A stretch of 64,000 nt of DNA from the NCBI GenBank assembly GCA_016873895.1, contig VGVV01000003.1, forward strand, positions 275,747-339,746, written 5' to 3'. The translations under genes were made by a program, and so were the position numbers. The stretch comes from Ignavibacteria bacterium. Its GTDB lineage: Bacteria > Bacteroidota > Ignavibacteria > Kapaibacteriales > Kapaibacteriaceae. Shown here in pieces: positions 29,830-40,686 of the stretch. The first letter of the stretch is position 1. Every line of letters starts with the position of its first letter. A model generated the notes under the pieces. The model was not told the DNA's origin. It saw only the letters and a list, made by a program, of their open reading frames with translations, and made no database searches.

Positions 29830-30788
29830 TGCACTGTTTCTCGGATACCGTCGTGAAGCGAAACTTCCTGCGTATAGCCCAGCTCGTGTCTAGCCTTATC
29901 GGGCGAGCAAATCCAATACGGCTGAATTAAGTCTAGGCCCTTTTCATAGTCGAGTACAGGGGGCTTGCCAGAGAGCTTTCCCGCTGCGCCTACAACACCA
30001 GCAATAGCCAACACAACCGAATGCGGCAATCGAACGGGTAAGACAACTTTCTTACCTAAGGCTGTCTTGGTTACATCAACAATCTGTGGCCATGAGTAAA
30101 ACTCATTCGACGATATGAAGTAGGTCTGGTACTTCGAGACCGGCTGCTCCATGGCCATAACGATTCCACGTGCTAGATCGCGAGCATGCACAAGACTAAC
30201 CCGACTGTCACCAAAACCGATCAGCGTAGCAATGCCCTTGCTAACGGCTTGAAAGAAGGAGAGAATCGCTGAGTCGCGCGGCCCATACACTGCTGGAGGC
30301 CGAATAATTGTCCAAGCAATGTCGTCGGCAGAGCGCACTACATCTTCGGCAAGTTTTTTCGTACGGCCGTATGCCGTAAGAGGACGCAACTCATGCTGAT
30401 CCTCTGTGGTAGGGGTTTCCAATGAGCGTGCAGGACCACAGACCGTTAGTGAACTGATATGCACAAACTTTTGCAGATCTGGATTGTAGGCCCGTACGGC
30501 ATCAAGCAGATTTTGTGTTGCCTCGAGATTACCCTTGAGAAACTCTGCTTCGTTCTTTGCTGCCGTAAGCCCTGCAACATGGATAATGGCATCCATGCTG
30601 GAAACAGCTGCTTGTAATGATGAAACATCAAACAATGAACCATTGACAAATGTAGCATCCTTACCTTCGAGCCAGCGCATATTGGACGTGGATCGAGCAA
30701 TATAGAATACTTCATGACCGTGGTCTAAAAGTACATCAACCACGTGGCTACCAACGAATCCCGTGGCACCAGTTACGAGAACCTTCAC
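29802..30788 (-). CDS. NAD-dependent epimerase/dehydratase
   Basis: TGATGFVG, YGRTK, RPPAVYGP. Confidence 0.9.
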   Translation of the reverse strand: MKVLVTGATGFVGSHVVDVLLDHGHEVFYIARSTSNMRWLEGKDATFVNGSLFDVSSLQAAVSSMDAIIHVAGLTAAKNEAEFLKGNLEATQNLLDAVRAYNPDLQKFVHISSLTVCGPARSLETPTTEDQHELRPLTAYGRTKKLAEDVVRSADDIAWTIIRPPAVYGPRDSAILSFFQAVSKGIATLIGFGDSRVSLVHARDLARGIVMAMEQPVSKYQTYFISSNEFYSWPQIVDVTKTALGKKVVLPVRLPHSVVLAIAGVVGAAGKLSGKPPVLDYEKGLDLIQPYWICSPDKARHELGYTQEVSLHDGIRETVQWYREQKWL

Positions 30789-30791
30789 GAT

Positions 30792-33700
30792 TTACCTCGA
30801 GATGATATACCTAGACGTGCGAACATGTCTGCCGTTGCGATAGATAACGGTATAGGCACCTGATTCAAACTCACCAATTGCTACACGGATCGTATGTATT
30901 CCAGCGCGCGTTACTGGCAGAGTTATCGGAAACGATTTTCCTTGAACGTCAACCATCAACATCGACGTTTCCTCGTCTGTAAGCTTCGAATAAAGGATCT
31001 CCAGAACATCATTGGACTCACTACGCACGCTCAGCATGATTGGCCGTCCTTGACCAATAACTGCCGCGTCAATGTCACAATCTGGCACCACAGTAAGCTT
31101 ACCATTGATACCATTAATCAGCGTTCCGGTGGCATAGGCTGTGTCGATGATTATCGGTGTAGACCTTGTGGGTCCGACGTATGTTGATCCTCGAAGCGTG
31201 AGCAGGGGATTGGCAGCAAGAATCGGATTGGCAGAAGCAATCTGTAGTCGAACCTTACCTGGTGAGATCTCATTTGCCGAAACTTGGCTAGCCACAGGTG
31301 ATTGTGGCACAGATTCTAGCTTGAACAACTGCGGATCATACGACAAATCGATCGTCATCGAGAAGATACCGAGAGAATCAAGGGGCTTGGGAGACGTCAG
31401 CTGTAATGGAATGTCCACATCATCGCCTGCGCGTACGATCAGGTCCTGCGGTGCAATAACCTGAAAGCCCCGGAGGGTGACCTTGGATATTGTCCATCCT
31501 ATGAGCTGCACGTTAGTTGTATCAGCACACGGATCACCAGTAAACACGCGAATAGCGACTGTATCCCTCCGTGCATAACCTTGGAACGTATAACGAACCG
31601 TCGTGCTGGCCTTCTCACCCGGAAGAAGAACAATCGGTAGTACGCATGTAGATGACAACACTGAAAACGGTGCTGGCACACCAGACATACCGACAACCTG
31701 AATTGGCGCGCTACCAGTGTTTGTAACTGTTATCTGCTCATCACGAAACTGACCAGGTGACAAAGTACCGTAGAATGTGGCCGTTGTGGCTACTGTATTG
31801 CTCTTTGAGGCAGATACACCCTTAACTGCTACCATAACCGTGGTGCTGCAAGGTCCGACTACAAGTTCGAGTGTATCCGTAAACACACCTTCACGTATCG
31901 GACGGAAAGTAATCACTGCCGTGAGCGTATCGCCAAATGATGAACCGGTTGCAACGTCAGATCCAAACGGCTGCGCAATGGTAACACTGTTCACACGTGA
32001 GCGCAGGCCAAGCAAGCCCCTTGAGATAAATGATACTGAGCGCGTTGATGACTTGATCGTATCACACACGAGGATGGTACCAAAATCTAGTGTCAGCACA
32101 GATGCAGTATAGTCCGGCTTGAGCAGTGTTCCCGAAATCACGATCGAATCCGACGTGCCGCATGGACCAAACTGAACGCGTGCCGTAATTGAGAATGGAC
32201 CGCCTTGACCGACTGGCGCGATTGATACAGGGATACTTTTTGTTGACTTCGGATCAATCACAATGCTGCCGCCCTGATAGGCAATGCCGTTTCCGATAAC
32301 GTTTGTGACTGTTACGGGCACAAGGGAAGTGTTCGTGACCTCGACAACGGTATCAACTACAGCCGCACACTCGAGCACGATTCCAAGATCAATATCTGTT
32401 GGGTCTAGGCGTATCGTTGGGATGAAGCTCGCAGCCTGTATCTGTGCACGGAGCGTGTCTCTACAGGAGCGAGAGGTATACGGAAATGCGATTTGTTGGA
32501 TTACGCCTCGATCACGATCAGCACCGAATGGACGATACTGAATCTGAATTGGTAGATCTTCGTTAGGGGCTAAGGCTTTGGCCCCAGTAAATGCTGTGAG
32601 AAGATAGAATGGTGGGTCTACGCGTGGCACGCCAACATAGATCGTGTCCGTACCGGAATTACGTATCCGGAATGTAGAGTCAACCCGAGTGTTCGATGTC
32701 GGACAGGACGCATACACACCAAAATTAACTTGCGACCTATCCACCGCTACCGAAATTGCATTGCGCTCGCCGCGAACGTTGCATCGCGTTGTTACGCCGC
32801 AAGGTTGGGCAGTGAAAACCACAGTACCATTGAACGCTCCAGATCCAGATGGACTAAATGCGAGGCGTACTGTTTGTGATGTACCCGGTTGAATCTGGAA
32901 TCCGGGAGGGGGCGATACAAGCGCAAAACCAATTGGCAATCCAATGTTCGTAACACTCAGTACAGTACTACCGTCGTTATACACCTCTAGAGTCAAGCTG
33001 GTGTCAGACTTGCATTGACCGAGTGTTCCAAAATCGAGAGCATTCGGTACAGTTCGCAACCGCACATCGTACATGCGAACGCGCACAACCTGCGAGATGC
33101 CTGGACAACCAGCAGCCGTTGCGATGCGTACTTGATAATCTCCAGCCTGACGCACAGTAAGTGTTCTCGATGTTGCTCCTGGCAAAATGAACCCATCACG
33201 CAGCCACTCGAATGTTGCTGCAGTGGTTGTCGTCGACAAAACAACAGAGTCGCCACTGCAGATGGTCAGGGGGCCTGCCGGAGAGACGTCTACAGTTGGT
33301 GCAGGCAAATATTTTACCGTAATCTCATCAGAGACAGCAGAACATCCAGAACCAAACACCTTCAATCTGTATGTGCCTGCTTCGCGGACAACGACACGCG
33401 TTGTGCCCCCAACTGCGAGTGCAACGCCGTTTAGCGTCCACTCGTATCTATCTGCACTAACATTGGTAGTTAGTGTAAGTGTATCACCTGGACAGATCTC
33501 AATCTTCGATGCAGTGATGATTGGTTTAGCAGGCGTTGTTCGAGTGATTTGTGAGGATTGGGCGTAGCGTAACTCATTGTATTGCCTACCGCGAGCCGTC
33601 GTGTCATCTGTTACTGCGAGTACATCGTCTCGTCTGTAGCGATATCCGTACACTCGGTATGTGTATGATATGCCGCACACAACATTTTCCGAATCCGTAT

Positions 33701-34673
33701 ACCGCGACCCTGCAATCGTTGGTCGTACATCCATCACAACGGCAGAGCCAATGCGAGTTCCTTTCGTAATGATCTTTCCATCAGCAATGGTTGTACTCGG
33801 GAACGAACTAAAATTGAGCGTGTCTCGCAGGATTAGGTAGCCAGTTGTAGAATCTTGAGGGTATCCGTCGTCGAGGGGTGTCCACTCGATTGTAACTGAA
33901 TTGTCCGTCTGCGATACGAGCGTTATTGTTGGACTGGACGTCCACTTTGGTTCTCGCGTTTCTCTCCAGAACCAATGATTGATGTTTTTCACACCCGCAT
34001 TTGTACGTGCAAGATCAAAACGATTGGGTAAGCCCCGTGAATCATTAAACCCTGCTACAACGGAGTCTTTTGTAATTCCAATACCATACGCACCCAGAGT
34101 TCTACCTGTTACTCGATTTGATCGTGATGCGCCAACGTTACCAGAATCAAAATTCGCCTTCGGCGCAGGGATCGCATCATATGCTGCGCCAGTGGGTTTG
34201 TTATGTCCGAGCGCATGAACATGCTGAATATTCGCATCCACTATTTCCAATACATCGCCTGCGTCAGCAAGATTCAATGCAGAAATATCACCGGCAGCTG
34301 TAGGAAACAGATATACAGTAAAAAGATCCTGATCTCTGCTTGAGACCTCAAGATAGCCGTCGCGAGCATCAACGTCTTTGCTCACACCAGCTGGAATATC
34401 TCGATGCCAGACAACAATAATTGTCCCAGCACGCAGATTCCGCCACAGAGGGATGTCCTTGAACTTCGGACCACCCATCCGTTGAACCTGACCTGTGTTA
34501 GCGTCTGTTAGGATATAACCTACAGCGTTAAGGTTATCCTTCACGACCAAAAGCTCGGTCCATTCACCGTTGACGTCTTGAATGTTAAAGTACTCACTTA
34601 TAACCATGTCTTGTGCAGACAACGTGATCGTAGAGAGCACGAATACTATCACGACAGCAATTTGTTTGATCAT
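30792..34673 (-). CDS. Large secreted multi-Ig protein (FN3, Ig, ASH/choice-of-anchor-D repeats, cohesin-like, T9SS-like CTD)
   Basis: Signal peptide from the ATG at 34673 (MIKQIAVVIV...LSAQ); repeated LDFG...N.G...F.P units; DLSYDP cohesin-like segment; terminal GAYTVIY...YIISR. Confidence 0.8.
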   Translation of the reverse strand: MIKQIAVVIVFVLSTITLSAQDMVISEYFNIQDVNGEWTELLVVKDNLNAVGYILTDANTGQVQRMGGPKFKDIPLWRNLRAGTIIVVWHRDIPAGVSKDVDARDGYLEVSSRDQDLFTVYLFPTAAGDISALNLADAGDVLEIVDANIQHVHALGHNKPTGAAYDAIPAPKANFDSGNVGASRSNRVTGRTLGAYGIGITKDSVVAGFNDSRGLPNRFDLARTNAGVKNINHWFWRETREPKWTSSPTITLVSQTDNSVTIEWTPLDDGYPQDSTTGYLILRDTLNFSSFPSTTIADGKIITKGTRIGSAVVMDVRPTIAGSRYTDSENVVCGISYTYRVYGYRYRRDDVLAVTDDTTARGRQYNELRYAQSSQITRTTPAKPIITASKIEICPGDTLTLTTNVSADRYEWTLNGVALAVGGTTRVVVREAGTYRLKVFGSGCSAVSDEITVKYLPAPTVDVSPAGPLTICSGDSVVLSTTTTAATFEWLRDGFILPGATSRTLTVRQAGDYQVRIATAAGCPGISQVVRVRMYDVRLRTVPNALDFGTLGQCKSDTSLTLEVYNDGSTVLSVTNIGLPIGFALVSPPPGFQIQPGTSQTVRLAFSPSGSGAFNGTVVFTAQPCGVTTRCNVRGERNAISVAVDRSQVNFGVYASCPTSNTRVDSTFRIRNSGTDTIYVGVPRVDPPFYLLTAFTGAKALAPNEDLPIQIQYRPFGADRDRGVIQQIAFPYTSRSCRDTLRAQIQAASFIPTIRLDPTDIDLGIVLECAAVVDTVVEVTNTSLVPVTVTNVIGNGIAYQGGSIVIDPKSTKSIPVSIAPVGQGGPFSITARVQFGPCGTSDSIVISGTLLKPDYTASVLTLDFGTILVCDTIKSSTRSVSFISRGLLGLRSRVNSVTIAQPFGSDVATGSSFGDTLTAVITFRPIREGVFTDTLELVVGPCSTTVMVAVKGVSASKSNTVATTATFYGTLSPGQFRDEQITVTNTGSAPIQVVGMSGVPAPFSVLSSTCVLPIVLLPGEKASTTVRYTFQGYARRDTVAIRVFTGDPCADTTNVQLIGWTISKVTLRGFQVIAPQDLIVRAGDDVDIPLQLTSPKPLDSLGIFSMTIDLSYDPQLFKLESVPQSPVASQVSANEISPGKVRLQIASANPILAANPLLTLRGSTYVGPTRSTPIIIDTAYATGTLINGINGKLTVVPDCDIDAAVIGQGRPIMLSVRSESNDVLEILYSKLTDEETSMLMVDVQGKSFPITLPVTRAGIHTIRVAIGEFESGAYTVIYRNGRHVRTSRYIISR

Positions 34674-34706
34674 GTTGGCAACAATGCGGCGATGGGAATT
34701 CGGTAG

Positions 34707-34740
34707 AAAAAAAAGGGGCATGCAAAGCACACCCCCTTTT
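34707..34740 (-). terminator. Intrinsic terminator after the 1357-aa gene
   Basis: Minus strand AAAAGGGGGTGTGC-TTT-GCATGCCCC-TTTTTTTT. Confidence 0.88.
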
Positions 34741-34771
34741 GAAAAGAGCTTACATCGTGATACTTGGGGAC

Positions 34772-37700
34772 TTACTTCACGATGGCCACCGGCTGAACCA
34801 GTGTAATCGAACCTACGTGAGCTACAAGGCGGTATACGCCAGTAACATACTGTGATGCATCAAATCCGAATGCATGCACTCCAGGAGCAAGATTAATCGA
34901 TGCAATTGTTGCAACTGTTGATCCCGTTGCGTCTACAAGCTGCACGATAACGCGTGAAGGCTGTGCAATCGTGAGATTGAAGTTAGCCGCGCCAAGAGCA
35001 GGGTGTGGAGTTATATAGCTGAGAACATTGCCAGCGATTGCTGATTCGTCATCAACACTAACTACACCCGGACGCGTTGTAACCTTTGTTGTATCTGAGG
35101 TGACCTGGCCACATTCAGAACGCACAACGCACCAGTATGAACCTTGATCGCCAGCAGCATAAGCAGCTTTTGTAAATGTCGGTGCAACTTCACCAGCTAT
35201 CTGAGCGCCATCCTTAACCCACTGATACTGAACCGTACCAGCACCTGTTGCTGTAAGCGATATCGTGAGTGGTTGTCCAACCTGCACCGCAAGTGTTGCT
35301 GGTGGTTGCTGCGTAATCTCTGTTGCTGGACGCACGGTAACGGTAGCTGTTGAGGAAGTGACTGAGCCACAATCCGTAGAAACTGTTACGCTGTATGCAC
35401 CGGCCAAAGCAGGGTTAGCGTTGGCAATTGTAAACGTAGAACCACTTGATCCTGGGATCGGACTTCCATCCTTAGACCATGAGTACCTCAAATTACCTTG
35501 ACCAGTTGCGGTAACGCTCAGGCTTACCGATGATCCTGCACAAGCATCAACACTCTGAGGTTGTGCTGTGATTGTTGGCGCTGAAGCGATAACAAGCTGC
35601 ACATTTTCTTGATCACTGAGAGACCCAACAGTTGCGCGTAGTGTGTATGAGCCAATATCCTCTGGAGTCACAGGATCGATCGTTAGTGTTTCAGTTGAAG
35701 CACCACTGAAGCGTCCACCGTCTGACAGGGGAGAGCCCTTATACCACCAACGCACGTCGATGTTGCTAGCTGGAGGATTGGAATATGCTCTACCAGCAAG
35801 AGTTGCCTTGGAACCATTACATGTAGCAACTGTATTTGACGCAAACTCGACATAGACACCAGTTGTGAATACGCGTGCAGGCTTCGTCGTGGCAGAACCG
35901 CAAACACCTACAACCAAACATGTGTACTCGTTGCTTACATCAGATGCCTGAACGTTCGCAATTGTCAGACGGCTCGAGTTCGAACCTTGAATACGACCAT
36001 TGTCTACAACGGCGTCCTGCCCCTTGTACCATTGATACGAAAGAACTTCATCTGGGAATTCAGCTTCAACATTGAGGTGAACTGTTCCACCGATTGAGCC
36101 TGGAGCGTTGCGTGTTTGGTTAACGATTTGTGTAGGACGCGCAACGCGAATGTGAGCATACTTTGTGCTCGTGTTACCACATGAACCAAAGCCCCAGATG
36201 TTACAATTGTAGACACCAGAGGTATTATACTGAGCATTGTTAATGCGGAACATTGGACCGTTAGCACCTGGAATGGCAATGCCGTCCTTGTACCATTGAT
36301 AGGCACGAACGGCACCAGATGTGAGTGCGATGAGATCGTAGTTATCGCCAACACAGAGATTCTTTGAAACGGGCTCAGTTGCCATGATAACCTGTGATGC
36401 GACAGCGAATGCCTGCGTTGTTGCACTAATATCTGTACGTTCAACGCCGACAATGCGAATGCGACATGCACCAGCGAATTCAATTGCAGGAACTGTCCAC
36501 TTTGCAGATGTAGCAGTTGCCGGGGCCGTAGCTACAACTTCCCATGACGCACCATTGTTCGAAGAAAACTCAACAGTTACGTTATTAACACCACGAGCAA
36601 CGAAACTTGTCGATGCTGGCAGACCTGCGCAAAGCGTGTCGCCCGTGAGCGGCGTAGTTACGGTAATGCGTGGAGTCTGAAGAATGATTGGGGATGCGAA
36701 ACCACCAGGACCACGCGGGTAGGCAACTACATCACTTGGATTGGTTTGAACTCCATTCCAAATACCATCGTTCGATGTGGTAGCGTAAACGATAGCATTC
36801 GTACGGGCATCACGTTCCTCAATGCGACGTACGCCGGTTAGAAGTGAATTCGGAATCAATGTAGCCCATGATCCTGCTACGTTTTGACGTGAACCGTACC
36901 AAGACTCCGTCTGCGTCGTGATCGTTGTACCTTGAGCCTGAACGAGAGCAACAGATATCGGACGCCCAGCACCCGATGTATTGTCATACAGAAGAACGTA
37001 GTTCTTTGCAGTTAGTTGTGATGCATTGTCGACAATACCAGTTGCTTGGTTTGCAGCCGTGCCAGTGCGGATAACTGTTGATGTGTTAGCAAGCTGATAA
37101 CGGCTGATGAGGTTCCCGTTATTGTCGCCCAGTGCTACACGCCAGAAGATCGTATTACCTTCACGGAAGGCCACGTTTGTTGAAGTTACCAGGTTAACCC
37201 AAATCGACTTCGACGTTTCGCCCGGTAGGGTAGAGAACTGCGAATACTCACCAGCTGTTGTTAATGACTTACCTGCAGCATAGAAGTAGGTGTTGTCATT
37301 CGCATTATAGTGGATGTTGAATCCACCACCAGTAGATGTGAGAACCTGGTCTGTAGCAAGACCAGTGTTAACACGATACGTAGTGTTTGGTGTAAGATTG
37401 GTAAAGGTAACACGTGCAAATGCAGGAAGCGCAAATGCACCAGTAACTGTGTTACATGTTCCACCTGACAGTGCAGATACAATGTACTGTGGAACAACGT
37501 CGGTATTCATCGTCGGTGTTGCATTCGCCGTTGTAAACGGCAGCAGCTGGCTGCCTAAACCTGGAATATTGACCTGAAGTTGATAGGTACCAGGTGCGCT
37601 AACGCTAACATTATCGAACGCAGCAATACCATTTATTGCTGTGATAGATGATGTTCCAGAAACAACACCGGGGCCGCTGAGAAGCGTTACCGAAACAACC

Positions 37701-38845
37701 GAAGCATAATTGGCATCAATTGTGTTATCTGCCCTGTAGACAGTAACGGTGAAGGTATTCAGAGGGACACCCGCATATCCGAACTGGGTGGCACCAGTGA
37801 TCGTAGCGTATGCGGCAGGTGCTTGAAACGTTAGTGGAGCGCTAAGACCTTGTGTAAGAACTTGTCCACCAATCGAGACTGCACGAAGAACTACGCCTGT
37901 TTCTGCCGCGCTATAGACAACGCCTGTTAGATCAACGAAGTTGCTACCAGCAGGGATTGTACCCGTTAGCGTGCCGGAAACAAAGCCAACTCCAGCGTTC
38001 ACCTGAATTTGAACAGTTGTAGCTGATGTTACATTCTTAGCAGCACCGAGAGCATCAACGGATCGAACACGCAAAGAAAACGCAGTATTCTGCGATGGGG
38101 TTGCTGGCGTAATGTTCTCAATCGCAAGTTTTGTTGCTGTACCAACCTGCAGGCTTGAGCTCAAGGTGATGTCGTCTACCTGAATCTGTGGGCGTGAACC
38201 GCTAGCAAAAACCGGACGCTGGTAGTATACCCAACGAACCTGAACGAGTGGCTTGTTCTCACACTCTGTTGGCAATAGCGTTGAAATGGTCTGGGCTGTA
38301 GCAGCGCCGCTCGTACCCAATGGGGCCATATATTCTACAATGTTACCTGCACGGATAACATTCAACCAAGCACCGGTCTGGCCGATACGATATTGTAGTC
38401 GAACACCATACGGGCGCGTGCCCGAAAAAATCACCTGATTAATCCACGACACATTGATTTGTGCTCGGTTCGTGGTGTTCAATGCAAGCACGGCGCTACC
38501 TGTGTACGCGCAGTTACACACCAATGTACCGGTGTTTATAAACGAGAATCCACTCGTACCCTGGCCAGTTATACGGGCACCACTAGTAAGGTTGTACGCG
38601 CAGTTGTAGTCTGCTATCGCAACCTGTTCAGCACGATCATCAATGTTCGCAGTCATGTGAAAAACCATATTCGCCGGATATGTTCCAGCAAGACTGGTAT
38701 TCGGCCACTGCGTCATCGTATACGTCCCAAGATTGAGATCGTACGGTGTAGGATTGGTTTGTGCGGCTAGCTGTGTACATGTTGCTGTTAGGCAAGCAAG
38801 TGCTGCTACCGACCAAATGGTAAACTTTTTCATGGACGTTGCCAT
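34772..38845 (-). CDS. Large secreted Ig-repeat surface protein with T9SS-like CTD
   Basis: Signal peptide; five I-set-like repeats (YQWYK.G...Y.C.V...CG type); terminal GVYRLVA...VAIVK; T/A/G/S-rich. Confidence 0.85.
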   Translation of the reverse strand: MATSMKKFTIWSVAALACLTATCTQLAAQTNPTPYDLNLGTYTMTQWPNTSLAGTYPANMVFHMTANIDDRAEQVAIADYNCAYNLTSGARITGQGTSGFSFINTGTLVCNCAYTGSAVLALNTTNRAQINVSWINQVIFSGTRPYGVRLQYRIGQTGAWLNVIRAGNIVEYMAPLGTSGAATAQTISTLLPTECENKPLVQVRWVYYQRPVFASGSRPQIQVDDITLSSSLQVGTATKLAIENITPATPSQNTAFSLRVRSVDALGAAKNVTSATTVQIQVNAGVGFVSGTLTGTIPAGSNFVDLTGVVYSAAETGVVLRAVSIGGQVLTQGLSAPLTFQAPAAYATITGATQFGYAGVPLNTFTVTVYRADNTIDANYASVVSVTLLSGPGVVSGTSSITAINGIAAFDNVSVSAPGTYQLQVNIPGLGSQLLPFTTANATPTMNTDVVPQYIVSALSGGTCNTVTGAFALPAFARVTFTNLTPNTTYRVNTGLATDQVLTSTGGGFNIHYNANDNTYFYAAGKSLTTAGEYSQFSTLPGETSKSIWVNLVTSTNVAFREGNTIFWRVALGDNNGNLISRYQLANTSTVIRTGTAANQATGIVDNASQLTAKNYVLLYDNTSGAGRPISVALVQAQGTTITTQTESWYGSRQNVAGSWATLIPNSLLTGVRRIEERDARTNAIVYATTSNDGIWNGVQTNPSDVVAYPRGPGGFASPIILQTPRITVTTPLTGDTLCAGLPASTSFVARGVNNVTVEFSSNNGASWEVVATAPATATSAKWTVPAIEFAGACRIRIVGVERTDISATTQAFAVASQVIMATEPVSKNLCVGDNYDLIALTSGAVRAYQWYKDGIAIPGANGPMFRINNAQYNTSGVYNCNIWGFGSCGNTSTKYAHIRVARPTQIVNQTRNAPGSIGGTVHLNVEAEFPDEVLSYQWYKGQDAVVDNGRIQGSNSSRLTIANVQASDVSNEYTCLVVGVCGSATTKPARVFTTGVYVEFASNTVATCNGSKATLAGRAYSNPPASNIDVRWWYKGSPLSDGGRFSGASTETLTIDPVTPEDIGSYTLRATVGSLSDQENVQLVIASAPTITAQPQSVDACAGSSVSLSVTATGQGNLRYSWSKDGSPIPGSSGSTFTIANANPALAGAYSVTVSTDCGSVTSSTATVTVRPATEITQQPPATLAVQVGQPLTISLTATGAGTVQYQWVKDGAQIAGEVAPTFTKAAYAAGDQGSYWCVVRSECGQVTSDTTKVTTRPGVVSVDDESAIAGNVLSYITPHPALGAANFNLTIAQPSRVIVQLVDATGSTVATIASINLAPGVHAFGFDASQYVTGVYRLVAHVGSITLVQPVAIVK

Positions 38846-38882
38846 TGAAATTGATACAGAATGTGGTTAACGAATTTACCGC

Positions 38883-38890
38883 GCAAATTA
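38883..38890 (-). promoter_or_regulatory. Putative -7 box variant TAATTTGC
   Basis: About 37 nt upstream of the 1357-aa gene; similar TAnnTTGC boxes precede pepA (27243-27250) and the M3 peptidase (40724-40731). Confidence 0.4.
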
Positions 38891-38979
38891 CACAAAAACG
38901 AACCTGTTTACAGTCAATTTTTGCTAATACACATTCTTACGTAACTCATTGACAACCAGAGGCAACGTCAACAACACAA

Positions 38980-40686
38980 TTATGACAGGCGATCCGGATA
39001 ACGCGTTTTGAGGCATTCATAGGAATAATCAACAATATCCTTGAGGCAACCGGCCGAAAATGGGGATGTTAGCTTTCCATGCTCCACGATCCCCAGAAAT
39101 GGCTTAGAGCCACCAATACCACAGATCGACAGGTACGAAGCAAATGCCTCCTGCGGGTCGAGTTCTGACCACTTCCAGTACTGCAGCGCACACGTTTGTG
39201 CAAGTGCATAGTCGATGTAATAGAATGGAGACTCATAAATGTGGCGCTGGAATTGCCATTGACGCCCTTCGTCGTAGGCTGCAATATCGGCTGTGGTTCT
39301 CCACGGCATGTACATGCGCTCCATGTCCTTCCAAGCAGCAAGGCGTTGTGAAGGCGTTGCCTCCGGATTTGCGTAGATCCAATGCTGAAAGTGGTCAACA
39401 GCACATCCGTATGGCAAAAAGAGGATAGCCCCCTGCAAGTGATAGAACTTGAATTTCTCCGTCTGATCTCCAAAAAAGAGGTCCATCCATGGCCATGTTA
39501 AAAACTCCATACCCATCGAATGTATCTCGCATGCCTCGGCAGTTGGCCAGAAATACTCAGGTACAATTTGATTGCGGCTTTGATAAGCTTGAAATGCATG
39601 ACCAGCCTCGTGTGTAAGAACTTCAATATCATGCGTGGTTTTATTGAAGTTCGCAAAGATGAATGGAAGGCCATATTGTGGGAAGCTGGTGCAGTACCCA
39701 CCAGTTGCTTTGTTATCACGGCTCTTGAGGTCCATGAGTTGTGAATCAAGCATGAGAGAGAAGAACTGGTGCGTTTCTGGACTAAGCTCTTCGTACATTT
39801 TGGCTGCTCGTTCAACAATCCAATCGTGGTCTCCAGAGGCAACTGGGTTGCCGTCGAGGAATTGCAGCTTTTCATCGGCAACTGTAAGCTTGTCTAGTCC
39901 GAGACGACGCTGCTGGGCATTCCGGAGCTCTTGGGCAAGGGGCACAACGTATTGGCGGACCTGTGCACGGAAATTCTCTACATCGGCGGCATTGTAATCA
40001 ACGCGACCAAACTCGACGTAACGAAACTCTGTATACGATGGGTATCCGAGTGTATGAGCCTTCGTTGTTCTCAGCTTTACAAGCTTATCATAAATGCCAT
40101 CGAGTTCCTCGGCGTTATCTGAGAGAAACTGATACATGGCAGCGGTTGCACTTCTTCGTACTTCTCGATCCGGATCGATGAGGAGTTTACCAATTGTACT
40201 CAGGTTATACGTATTACCACCGACTTCAATCTTAGCAGAGGCCGTGAGTTCATTGTAGCGTGTGTTGAGCTCCGACTCCTGAATCAGCAGTTCTTTAATG
40301 GACGGCTCGAATGTGAGCGTCGAGTTCTTCAACCTGAGCAGGAACAAATCGCCAAAGGCACCAGCAATCGCATCAGCATATGGCGATGCAAGAATGCATT
40401 TGGCCATGTCTGTATCGAGCTCAGCTATCGACGGCCAATTCTCGTCGAAGAATAGTTTCTCACCTTTCGCCTCGTCCGATGCTACATTTTGAGTGAACTT
40501 AACTTCCGCCAAAGAGGCCATTGTACTGGTAGCGATACGTGACGTGTTCCATTCACGGATTGCAGCGATGGCATCGTGGGCTTGAGATGCAGTTGTGAGC
40601 TTGGTCGTAATGTCCGAATAGGCAGACCGTAAATCATCAATGCTTGGGCGTGTATAGGGAAGTTGGGCAAAGGTCATTGTAGACAT
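38980..40686 (-). CDS. M3 family oligoendopeptidase
   Basis: HEAGH zinc motif, EIHSMGME, PFYYIDY. Confidence 0.93.
   Translation of the reverse strand: MSTMTFAQLPYTRPSIDDLRSAYSDITTKLTTASQAHDAIAAIREWNTSRIATSTMASLAEVKFTQNVASDEAKGEKLFFDENWPSIAELDTDMAKCILASPYADAIAGAFGDLFLLRLKNSTLTFEPSIKELLIQESELNTRYNELTASAKIEVGGNTYNLSTIGKLLIDPDREVRRSATAAMYQFLSDNAEELDGIYDKLVKLRTTKAHTLGYPSYTEFRYVEFGRVDYNAADVENFRAQVRQYVVPLAQELRNAQQRRLGLDKLTVADEKLQFLDGNPVASGDHDWIVERAAKMYEELSPETHQFFSLMLDSQLMDLKSRDNKATGGYCTSFPQYGLPFIFANFNKTTHDIEVLTHEAGHAFQAYQSRNQIVPEYFWPTAEACEIHSMGMEFLTWPWMDLFFGDQTEKFKFYHLQGAILFLPYGCAVDHFQHWIYANPEATPSQRLAAWKDMERMYMPWRTTADIAAYDEGRQWQFQRHIYESPFYYIDYALAQTCALQYWKWSELDPQEAFASYLSICGIGGSKPFLGIVEHGKLTSPFSAGCLKDIVDYSYECLKTRYPDRLS

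Noticed and set aside
34674-34730. N-terminal extension of the 1312-aa ORF
   Set aside because: It runs through the intrinsic terminator; the signal peptide starts at the ATG at 34673
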